Shown piece after piece: positions 52,798 through 63,159 of a stretch of 64,000 nucleotides of DNA. A model generated the notes under the pieces. The model was not told the DNA's origin. It saw only the letters and a program-made list of their open reading frames with translations, and did not search any database. Both the position numbers and the translations under genes were made by a program. Positions within the stretch are counted from its first letter, which is position 1, and every line of letters begins with the position of its first letter. This DNA comes from Malacoraja senta (lineage: Eukaryota): positions 7,442,001 through 7,506,000 of the forward strand of contig CM075996.1 of assembly GCA_038087875.1 (NCBI GenBank), in the 5' to 3' direction.

Positions 52798-53214
52798 GTG
52801 AGGGCAGTCGTACCAGATATTCCCCTTCCTCTCCGCAAGTGAAGCGTTTCCCGAGACATGAAGCGTTTCCTCCAAACTTCTTGGTGTCTCCAAATGACAG
52901 AAAGTCCAGTTTTCCACGTTGTGGAATCTGACAGCGCTGAAGGACTCCATTTGTCCAGGTGTAACAGCGAGTCGGTGCTCGTGTTCTTGAAAGAATTGAC
53001 CACTTTGTTCAGTTCTCCTTTGCTTTCCACATAATTCATCCAATGTCTCCTTGACAATAGACAATAGATGCAGGAGTAGGCCATTTGGTCCTTCGAGCCA
53101 GCACCGCCATTCAATGTGATCATGGCTGATCATCCCCAATCAGTACCCCGTTCCTGCCTTCTCCCCATATCCCCTGACTCCGCTATCTTTAAGAGCCCTA
53201 TCTAGCTCTCTCTT

Positions 53215-53348
53215 GGGGTGGGAGATTGCAACCTTCACGTGGTCCACCCTGTTTCGACGAATGCTGTTTCAACCTGGCGTGCACAAACAGAAGATCAAAC
53301 AGAACAAGTTGGCTTACAACTTTAGTGCTGTGCACGCCATATGCAAGA
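53215..53348 (+). mobile_element. Short retroposon headed by an HDV-like ribozyme, copy 2 (in a CR1 fragment within a secretin intron)
   Basis: GGGGTGG-GA-GATTGCA-ACC-TTCACGT-GGT-CCACCCT-GTTTCGA-CGAA-TGCTGTT...CAAGA; TSD AGCTCTCTCTT (53204-53214 and 53349-53359). Confidence 0.85.
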
Positions 53349-55532
53349 AGCTCTCTCTTGAAAGTATCCAGAGAACCGGCCTCCACTGCCCTCTGAGGCA
53401 GAGAATTCCACAGACTCACAAGACGCCGTTGAATCTCCTCTTACAGGCGTAACATTCCCAATCCGAAGCACTAGACTTGGATATAAAATAATTCTTCCTC
53501 TTAGATACATAGAATACATAGAAAATAGGTGCAGGAGTAGGCCATTCGGCCCTTCGAGCCTGCACCGCCATTCAATATGATCATGGCTGATCATCCAACT
53601 CAGTATCCCGTACCTGCCTTCTCTCCATAACCCCCTGATCCCTTTAGCCACAAGGGCCACATCTAACTCCCTCTTAAATATAGCCAATGAACTGGCCTCA
53701 ACTACCCTCTGTGGCAGAGAGTTCCAGAGATTCACCACTCTCTGTGTGAAAAAGTTTTTCCTCATCTCGGTCTTAAAGGATTTCCCCCTTATCCTTAAGC
53801 TGTGACCCCTTGTCCTGGACTTTCCCAACATCGGGAACAATCTTCCTGCATCTAGCCTGTCCAACCCCATAAGAATTTTGTACGTTTCTATAAGATCCCC
53901 TCTCAATCTCCTAAATTCTTTCTCCTCTGGTTCTTAGGTGTCAGGGTTACAGGGAGAAGGCAGGTGAATGGGGTTGAGAGGGAAAGATAGATCAGCCATG
54001 ATTGAATGGCGGAGTAGACTCGATGGGCCGAATGGCCTAAAATTCTGCTCCTATGATTTATGAATTATATTGAGCGTTTGTTCTCTGGTTACAAGCCCCC
54101 TACCAGCGGGAGTAATGTCTCCATCTTACCAACTTTGAGCACCTCCATCACACCCAATGAGGTTGAAAACATGGTCTACTCACTCCAACATCTGTCCGCA
54201 TTAGATTGGATCTGCTCTATGCTCGTGCATGAAAGCTTGAAAGCGCGCACCACCAGTCTCAGGAACAGCTTCTTCCCCTCTGTTATCAGGCTCTGATTTG
54301 TCCTTCCGTAAGCTAGGGTACTGTCCGATTCACCTCTACCCCATTGTGGACATTGGACTTTGTCTCTGGAACTGATGCACTACAATGCTGAGAACTAAAT
54401 GTATGCTCCCCTTCACTCAAACTAATGTTTATGACTTATTTTTGACTTTGCACTGTTATTATCTATTTATTTGTCTGTTTGATAGATAGATATATTTGTA
54501 TACACACACTAAATGCTGGGGTAACTCAGTGGGACAGGCAGCATCTTTGGAGAGAAGGAATGGGTGACGTTTCAGGTTGAGACTGAAGTCTGAAGAAGGC
54601 TCTCAACCTGAAACGTCACCCATTCCTTCTCTCTGGAGAGGCTGCCTGTCCCGCTGAGTAACTCCAGCATTTTGTGCCCATCTTGAACAAAGTATGTTCT
54701 ATGCTCTATTGCAGGGAATACTTCATGCCTCAATACTTCAATACAGGGAAGTCTTTTTGGTCTCCAAATTTGAGGAAGGACATTCTTGTTATTGAGGGAG
54801 TGCAGCGTAGGATTCACGAGGTTAATTCCCGGAACTGTCACATGTTGAAAGAATGGAGCGACTGGGCTTGTATACACTGGAATTTAGAAGGATGAGAGGG
54901 AATCTTATTGAAACATATAAGATTATTAAGGGATTGGACACGCTAGAGGCAGGAAACATGTTCCCAATGTTGGGGGAGTCCAGAACCAGGGGCCACAGTT
55001 TAAGAATAAGGGGTAAGCCATTTAAAACGGAGATCATTTTCAACCAGAGAGTTGTGAGTCTGTGGAATTCTCTGCCTCAGAGGGCTGTGGAGGCCAAATC
55101 TCTGGATGCTTTTAAGAGAGAGTTATATAGAGCTCTTAAAGATAGCGGAGTCAGGGGAGAAGGCAGGAACGGGGTACTGATTGTGGATGATCAGCCATGA
55201 TCACAGTGAATGGCGGTGCTGGCTCGAAGGGCCGAATGGCCTACTCCTGCACCTATTGTCTATTGCCCATTCTCCGTAAGATCAATGCTTTCCTCTTGTG
55301 AAGGTGGATGCAGGATTGTCCTTGAGGATAGTAATGATGTCTTCCCTTTGCAATTCTCCTTCAGCGGGGGACTGGGGCACCAACAGTGGATGTAGGAGGG
55401 AAACCGAGCAGCCTTGACTGGATGGCATGCACAACCAAGCTTCCCAACTGTACCTCGGTACACGTGACAATAATAGACCTAAGGCTAAACTCAAGGGTTA
55501 CAATATTAACTGCTCTCCTTTTCCCACGTCAG

Positions 55533-55637
55533 ACACAAGAGGCACACGGACAGTCTGTTCACCAGCGAGTTAAGCAAAGTGAGAGGAAGAACAGCCGCTC
55601 GCAACCTGCTGAACACAATACTGGGGACGCAAACAAG
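55533..55637 (+). CDS. SCT: Secretin peptide exon (27-residue core at 55543-55623)
   Basis: Strong acceptor (ctctccttttcccacgtcag), 105-nt phase 2-2 exon: (R)HKR-HTDSLFTSELSKVRGRTAARNLLNTIL-GTQT(S), GTACGA donor. H1, D3, F6-T-S-E-L-S11 and R14-G15 are secretin-type residues. Confidence 0.9.
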
Positions 55638-56049
55638 GTACGAATCTTGCAGAGATACAACCTGGCAATTGGCTCAGGGCCTGATTCAGAAGCAGAAGAC
55701 CTTGGATAGTTGAGTTTAGTTTGGAGATACAGCATGGACATAGGCCCTTCGGCCTAGTCCATGCCAACCACCTATTACCAATTCACATTAGTTCTATGTA
55801 ATCCCATCCACTCCCGACAACTTACAGAGGCTGATTAACCCAGAGGCGGCACGGTGGTGCAGCAGTAGAGCTGCTGCCTCACCACGCCGGACACCCGGGT
55901 TCGATCCTGACTACGGGTGCTGTCTGTACGGAGTTTGTACCTTCTCCCTGTGACCCGGGTGGGTTTTCTCCGGGTGCTCCGGTTTCCACCCACATTCCAT
56001 CCAAAGACGTACGGTTTCGGGTAAAAATTGTCCCGAGGGTGTGTAGGGT

Positions 56050-56400
56050 AATAATAATAATAATAATGGATGGGATTTATATAGCGCCTTTCTAATACTC
56101 AAGGCGCTTTACATCGCATTATTCATTCACTCCTCAGTCACACTCGGTGGTGGTGAGCTACTTCTGTAGCCACAGCTGCCCTGGGGCAGACTGACGGAAG
56201 CGTGGCTGCTAATCTGCGCCTACGGCCCCTCCGACCACCACCAATCACTCACACACATTCACACACATTCACACGCAGGCAAAGGTGGGTGAAGTGTCTT
56301 GCCCAAGGACACAACGACAGTATGCACTCCAAGCGGGATTCGAACCGGCTACCTTCCGGTTGCCAGCCAAACACTTAGCCCATTGCGCCATCTGTCGTCC
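56050..56400 (-). mobile_element. tRNA-derived CORE-type SINE with L2-like tail
   Basis: Minus strand: A box TGGCGCAATGG, B box GGTTCGAATCCC, CORE-like GTGTCCTTGGGCAAGACACTTCACC, tail GTAAAGCGCCTTGAG..AAAGGCGCTATATAAAT plus (ATT)n. Confidence 0.7.
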
Positions 56401-56483
56401 TGCGAGTGCAAGTGTATGGGTCGGTGCGGACTCGGTGGGCCGAGGGGCCTGTTTCTAAATTAGGGTGTGCAATTTAGTTCCAG

Positions 56484-56603
56484 TGCGAGTTCCACCCCAG
56501 GGAAGGTGAAGAGACATCTGAACGAAAGAGAGGATGGAGGCTCCCCGGCCACACTGCAGAACATGGAGGACCTTCTGTCAGCCTTCCAGTCACGTGAAGG
56601 AGG
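56484..56603 (+). CDS. SCT: Putative additional secretin-precursor exon with a KR-H site (degenerate second peptide)
   Basis: Unique-sequence open phase 2-2 exon of 120 nt: (S)ASSTPGKVKR-HLNEREDGGSPATLQNMEDLLSAFQSREG(G), consensus GTGAGT donor; the acceptor (aatttagttccag) is weak. Confidence 0.6.
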
Positions 56604-56859
56604 GTGAGTGAACGATCATCCAAGGGCAACATTTCCTTTCCTCTGACCTGAGGAACACCATCTAACGCGAGGTGATGTTGGGTCCTTGCCCCCAACCTTG
56701 TTTCACCTTTCCTGCTTTCTCCGGACATCCGAGATCATTCCTGACTCGTCAGGATTTGGAACTATGTCCCAATTCCTCCCTTTCCTCCTTTAAGCCGAAC
56801 TTAACCAGCTATCATGTGTGGGAAGGAACTGCAGATGCTAGTTTACACCGAAGATAGAC

Positions 56860-57360
56860 ACCTCCGCTCAGCCCGCCTAGATCAACATGATCTCCTGGTT
56901 GCTGAACACTTTAACTCCCCCTCCCATTCCCACACTGACCTTTCTGTCCAGGGCCTCCTCCACTGTCAGAATGAGGCCCAGCGCAAATTGGAGGAAAATC
57001 ACCTCATAATTCACTTGGGCAGCTTATAATTTTTGATTTCTCTAACTTCAAGTAACTCTTGCTTTCCCTCTACCTCCATCCCTCCCTATCCAAGTTCTCC
57101 AACCAGTCTGATTGTCCTCCTGATTACATTTTATCTCTGTCTGCCTCGTTGTCAGCCTTCCCCTCAGCTAACAATGATCTATTCTACATTTTCCTTGAGC
57201 TTCATCCCCTTTGATATCTCGCTTTCACACCTTATCCTTCCATATCTCTGTAACTCCATTTCCCCTGACTCTGAGGAAGGGTCTCGACCCAAAACGTCAC
57301 CCATTCCTTCTATTCAGAGCTGCTGCCTGACCCACTGAGTTACTCCAGGATTCTGTGTCT
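56860..57360 (+). mobile_element. Penelope-like element 3' fragment (GIY-YIG C-terminus plus pseudo-LTR)
   Basis: HLRSARLDQHDLLVAEHFNSPSHSHTDLSVQGLLHCQNEAQRKLEENHLIIHLGSL, followed by a UTR ending in the abundant CTGA(A/G)GAAGGGTCTCGACCC...GAGTTACTCCAG repeat. Confidence 0.75.
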
Positions 57361-58703
57361 ATTTAACCTGCTATCTTTATGCCCGAGCTCGTGGTAGCCT
57401 GACCAACTATCACTTCATAACGTTGACCTCGTACACATCTGGGATTTGACTTGCTCCACCATTAGTTGCTGTATTCATAGCTTCATAAGTCAAAGGAGCA
57501 GAATTAGGCCTTTCGACCCGTCGAGCCTACTCCGCCATTCAATCATGGCTGATCTATCTTTCCCTCTCAACCCCATTCACCTGCCTTCTCCCCGTTAACC
57601 TTGACACCCGTACTAATCAAGAACCTATCTGTCTCCACTTGAAAAATACCGAAAGACGAGGCCTCCAATGCCATCTGTGGCAATAAATTCCACAGATTCT
57701 CTGACTAAAGAAATTCCTCCTCATCTCCTTTTCTAAAGATACGGCCTTTTATTCGGAGTCAGGGCTGCTCTCTAGTCGGTGAGAGCATGGTTCAGATGCC
57801 TGATAACATTCTAACCTTGCCGTGTGCAAATTAACACTGTGTTTCCTGTACAGCGACAATCAGGAGTACAACGTGAAACGTTTGGCAGATTCCACATAAC
57901 CAATTTGATTCCGTTTATCATGTGCCTGTACACTGTGAGTGGCTGGATTGTAATCATTGTATTCCTTCCGCTGACTGGTTAGCACGCCACAAACGCTTTT
58001 CACTGTACCTCCGTGGCGGCACGGTGGCGCAGCGGTAGAGCAGCTGCCTCACAGCGCCAGACACCCGGGTTCGATCCCGACTACGGGTGCTTGTCTGTAC
58101 GTTCTCCCCATCACCTGCGCGGGGTTTCTCCGAGATAGACAATAGACAATAGACAATAGGTGCAGGAGTAGGCCATTCGGCCCTTCGAGCCAGCACCGCC
58201 ATTCAATGTGATCATGGCTGATCATCCCCAATCAGTACCCCGTTCCTGCCTTCTCCCTTGGTGCCTTCCCTCACAGTGGGAAACTTTGATTCTGCTGTGT
58301 GGGGATGTTTTATGTTGAACTCTATCATGTGTTGTGTTCTTATATTTAATTGTATGGCTGTATGGTAATCACACATTTCACTGTGCCATGGCACATGTGA
58401 CAAATAAAATAATTTCAATTTCAATTTCAATTTCCCCATATCCCCTGACTTTAAGAGCCTTATCCAGCTCTCTCTTGAAAGCATCCAGAGAACCGGCCTC
58501 CACCGCCCTCTGAGGTTTCCTCCCACACTCCAATGACGCCCATAGGTTAATTGGCTTGGTATAAATGTAAATATTCCCTAGTGTGCGTAGGATAGTGTAG
58601 GTGTGTGGGGATCGCTGGTCGGCGCGGACTCGGTGAGCTGAAGGGCCCGTTTCCGCGTTGTACCTCTAAACTGAACTAATTTGCTTTTTCTTCTCATTTT
58701 CAG

Positions 58704-58826
58704 CAAAGCGCTTGACTTTTTGACGAGGAGACATGAGGTTCCTGCAATGCTGAAGGAGGTCCTGACCCTTCACCACCGAGCCCAACCCTGCAGGAGATGG
58801 TTCTACATCTACTACCTGGCGATGAG
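58704..58826 (+). CDS. SCT: Secretin precursor C-terminal region exon
   Basis: Strong acceptor (ttgctttttcttctcattttcag), 123-nt phase 2-2 open exon KALDFLTRRHEVPAMLKEVLTLHHRAQPCRRWFYIYYLAM, GTAACG donor; keeps frame with the upstream exons. Confidence 0.75.
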
Positions 58827-59091
58827 GTAACGAAGCATCTCCTTGACCATCTGGCTTGCTGTATATTGATGCCACACGTGACAATTAAACACAAAGAGAC
58901 ACACAAAAAGCTGGAGTAACACAGCGGGACAGGCAGCATCTCTGGAGAAAAGGAATGGGTGGTGTTTCGGGTCGAGACCCTTCTTCAGACCGGGAGTCAA
59001 GGGAAAGAAGAGATAAAGACGCTGATGTAGAGAGATATAGAACAAATGAATGAAAGACATGCAAAAAGTAACGATGATAAAGGAGACTCTG

Positions 59092-59125
59092 AGTCTGAAG
59101 AAGGGTCTCGACCCGAAACGTCACC
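59092..59125 (+). ncRNA. Penelope-type minimal hammerhead-like motif (representative of many copies)
   Basis: AGT-CTGAAGA-A-GGGT(CTCG)ACCC-GAAA-CG-TC-ACC; similar copies near 1377, 3759(-), 11848, 12031(-), 28795, 29940, 41660, 61927, 62100. Confidence 0.55.
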
Positions 59126-59463
59126 TATTCCTTTTCTCCGGAGATGCTGTCTGACCCGCGGAGTTACTCCAGCATTTTGTGTCTGTCTTTGGTTTTAAAC
59201 CATCATCTGCAGTTCTTTCTTACCCTTGATGGTATAACAAATTAGATCCTATCGACAGACCATTGATTTGGTACATATGGATTGATTGAAATGTGTAGCT
59301 AGGAAACAGGCCCTTCGGCCCACCTCGACCAATGATCACCCGTTCACACTGGTTCTTTGTTATTCCATTTTCGCATCCACTCCCAACACGAAGAGCAATT
59401 TACAGAGGAACATTTTAAGAGAGTTGAGTGGGCGTACTGGGAGAGAGATTAATAGCTGACACA

Positions 59464-59968
59464 TAGGGTTGCCAACTGTCCCGTATTAGCCGGGACATCC
59501 TGTATATTGGGCTAAATTGTCCCGTATTTGACTGCTGCTACTCGGGTCGAGGGGACCGTCGGGTCGGAGCGCCGCGTCCGGCCCCGCCTCACCCGTCCCG
59601 ACGTAGTGCAGCCCATGGAGTGCAGCAGCAGCAGCAGCGCCTCGCCCGTGGCCCCGTCGGTCGGCAGCCCGGCCAGCTGTCCGACCTTCGGACCTTCGCT
59701 TACCGCCGACACCACCACCACCCCTCCTTCTCACGGCCGATCATCGGTTCATGAGTTGGATGGGGTGCTGGACTTGTCACGCAGCCCGGGCCAAAACTCC
59801 TCAGCTGGCCCGCCGGCTGGGCTTTTGTGTGCAGTCCAGCACCCGGGGCCAACTCATCATTCACCCAGCCACGGCCGGCCGAGTCGGTCAACGAATTGCC
59901 GTCGGGGAATTTGTCCCTTATTTTGACCTTCTGTCCCTTATTTGGGAGTGAGGAAGTTGGCCACCCTA
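59464..59968. mobile_element. Non-autonomous hAT DNA transposon (partial inverted copy at ~39202-39590)
   Basis: TIR TAGGGT(T/G)GCCAACT, 8-bp TSD CTGACACA/CTGACGCA. Confidence 0.8.
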
Positions 59969-61571
59969 CTGACGCACCAGATCTCTTGTGCAGTTTACTT
60001 CAACTCTAGTTTAGTTTAGAGATACATCATGGAAACAGGCCCTTCAGCCCCACCGAGTCCAGCCTGACCATTGATCACCTGTTCACAATAGTTCTATGTT
60101 ATCCCACATTAACATCCACTCCCTGCACACTAGGGGCAATTCAGAGGCCAATTGACCTACAAACATGTTTGTCTTTGGCATGTGGGATGAAATCGGAGCA
60201 CCCGGAGGAAACTTGCGCAGTCGTATGGAGAACATGTAAACTCCACACAGACAGCACCCGAGGTCAGGATCGAATGCGGGTCTCTGACACTGAGAGGCAG
60301 TGGCCCTACCAGCTGCACCACTCTGCTGCTCTATACCTTCCCCCACCAGAGGGCAGCACAGTGGCGCAGAGGAAGAGTTGCTGCCTTACAGCGCCAGAGA
60401 CCCAGTTTTCCCTGGGACCGCGTGGGTTTCCTCCGGGTGCTCTGGTTTTCTCCCACACTCCAAAGACGTACAGGTTTGTAGGTTAATTGGCTTTGGTAAA
60501 ATTGTAAAAGTGCACCTAGTCTGTAGGGTAGTGTTAGTGTGTGCGGGGCGATCTTTGGTCGGCACGGACTCGGTGGGCGAAGGGCCTGTTTCCACGCTGT
60601 ATCTCTAAAGTCTAAAAAGATGCTGCCTGACATGCTGAATATCTCCAAATATCTACATTATTTCAGATTTCCAGCTTCTGCAACGTGTTATTTTTTCGCC
60701 GACCGATTCATGATCAGTACGGGTGTCAAGGGTTACGGGGAGAAGGCAGGAGAATGGGGTCGAGGGGGAGAGTTAGATCAGCCACGAATGAATGGCGGAG
60801 TAGACTTGATGGACCAAATGGCCTTATTCTGCTCCGATCACCGATGAGCTGCTGAACATGAATATATTGTGTTGGATACTCAACGGCAACACAGCCCCTT
60901 CTTGCCTGCACCACTGTTTAATTCAACCATTATAGACCATAGACAATAGACAATTGGTGCAGGAGTAGGCAATTTGCCCCTTCGAGCCAGCACCGCCATT
61001 CCCTGTGATCATGGCTGACAGTTCCTGTTCCTGCATTCTCCCCATATCCCCTGACTCCGCTATCTTTAAGAGCCCTATCTAGCTCTCTCTTGAAAGCATT
61101 CAGAGAACCTGCCTCCACCGCCCTCTGAGGCAGAGAATTCCACAGACTCACAACTCTCTGTGTGAAAAAGTGTTTCCTCGTCTCCTTTCTAAATGGCTTA
61201 CCCCTTATTCTTAAACTGTGGCCCTGGTTCTGAACTACCCCCAACATCGGGAACATGTTTCCTGCCTCTAGCGTGCCCAAACCCTTAATAATGTTATATG
61301 TTTCAATAAGATATCCTCTCATCCTTCTAAACCCCAGAGTATACAAGCCCAGCCGCTGCATTCTCTCAGCATATGACAGTCCCGCCATCCCGGGAATTAA
61401 CCTTGTAAACCTACGCTGCACTCCCTCAATAGCAAGAATGTCCTTCCTCAAATTGGCTGAACAGTTCAGCAATGATTGACTTAAACTGGGGTACAGACTG
61501 GAGGAGCCGAAGGACCTCTTCCCTCTTCCCTTGCTCTTACTAACCTGAGCCACCCTTCTCCTGTGTTACAG

Positions 61572-61693
61572 TCTTTCCCCGGACAAGTCCTACTTGCCAG
61601 CCACAGCCGTGATGGATCATCGCTCCTGTGGGATTATCCGCCAGTTAGTTGAGGACCTCCAGTTACAAGCCTTCCAGACGCGGCAAAAACCAG
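61572..61693 (+). CDS. SCT: Secretin precursor C-terminal exon (may instead read on to the stop at 61818)
   Basis: Acceptor cccttctcctgtgttacag, phase-2 start, LSPDKSYLPATAVMDHRSCGIIRQLVEDLQLQAFQTRQKP, candidate GTCAGT donor at 61694; same frame as ORF 61594..61818. Supplies a second Cys for the C-terminal region. Confidence 0.7.
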
Positions 61694-62959
61694 GTCAGTG
61701 CGGTGTCTCACTCCCACGCTATTTAACGACGTGCTTTCTATTTGTAAGGCGAGGAGAACACAGTTGGCTAGACACCAGCTGGGTATTTTTTATGAGTGGG
61801 GCTGGTATAGTAGACTAAATACTGCTAGGCATTTTGCCAACCTGTGTGGCAAAGTTGGCTAGACACAGGCTAGACGTTTTTTTCCAAACTGGGTGTCACA
61901 GTTGGCTGGACTCTGGCTAGACCTTGTCTGAAGAAGGGTTTCGGCCCGAAACGTTACCTATTTCCTTCGCTCCATAGATGCTGCTGCACCCGCTGAGTTT
62001 CTCCAGCATTTTTGTGTACCCTGGCTAGACCTTGTCTGCCGAAGATACACAAAGTGCTGGAGCAACTCAACAACCCCCCCCCCCCCAACCCCCACATCAG
62101 TCTGAAGAAGGTTCTCGACCCGAAACGTCACCTATTCCTTTTCGCTTCATAGATGCTGCCTCACCCGCTGAGTTTCTCCAGCATTTTTGTCTACTTTCGA
62201 TTTTTCCAGCAACTGCAGTTCTTTCTTAAACCGAGCAGCTCAACAGGTCAGTCAACATCTCTGGAGAGCATAGATAGGTAACGTTTCGGGTCGGGACCTT
62301 TCTTCGCACTGCCAGTCTGAAGAAAGGTCTCGACCTGAAAACATCGCCAATCCATGTTCTCCAGAGATGCTGCCTGACACGTGAAGTTACTCCAGCACTT
62401 TCTGTCCATCTTTGGTAGAAACCAACATCTGCAGTTCTTTGTTTCTTGACGTTTTGCCAAAACTGGTTGGCGAGACGCCGACTTGACTTTGGAGATACAG
62501 TGTGGAAACAGGCCCGTCGACCCACCGAGTCCATGCTGACCAAACCACCCAGAATACCACCACTATCCTACACACTGGGGACAATTTATAATTTGGGGTT
62601 GTATCTGAGACGGTCATGGGGAGATGAGAATGTGGACATTGCTCAACAACCTCTGCTGAGAGGTGGGGGGGGGGGGGGGGGGGGGGTCCAGAACGCTAGA
62701 GCTTCATTGCTGCCTTCATACAAAGGGAGGGATGGAAATCTAGACACCTTTCCACAAACACTCTTGTAATGGGGGGGGGGGGGGGGGGGAAGAGGTTACA
62801 TCAAGCTTGTGATGAATAGTGTACAAAATTATGGAGAGAATAGATCGGGTAGACGTGCCTATCTCTTGCCCTGAGTTGGGGAATCGAACATCAGAGGCCA
62901 TAGGAAGTAAGGTGAGGGGGGAAAGATTTAGTTTAGTTTAGAGATACAGCGCGGAACAG

Positions 62960-63159
62960 NNNNNNNNNNNNNNNNNNNNNNNNNNNNNNNNNNNNNNNNN
63001 NNNNNNNNNNNNNNNNNNNNNNNNNNNNNNNNNNNNNNNNNNNNNNNNNNNNNNNNNNNNNNNNNNNNNNNNNNNNNNNNNNNNNNNNNNNNNNNNNNNN
63101 NNNNNNNNNNNNNNNNNNNNNNNNNNNNNNNNNNNNNNNNNNNNNNNNNNNNNNNNNNN
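62960..63159. other. Assembly gap (200 N)
   Basis: Run of N. Confidence 1.

Noticed and set aside
55543..55623. Assignment as VIP, PACAP, GHRH or glucagon
   Set aside because: FTSELSK.RG and a signal exon joined directly to the peptide exon fit secretin better; not formally excluded without a phylogeny
56501..56597. Alternative acceptor (ccccag at 56500) for the extra exon
   Set aside because: In phase 2 it runs into a TGA before the donor
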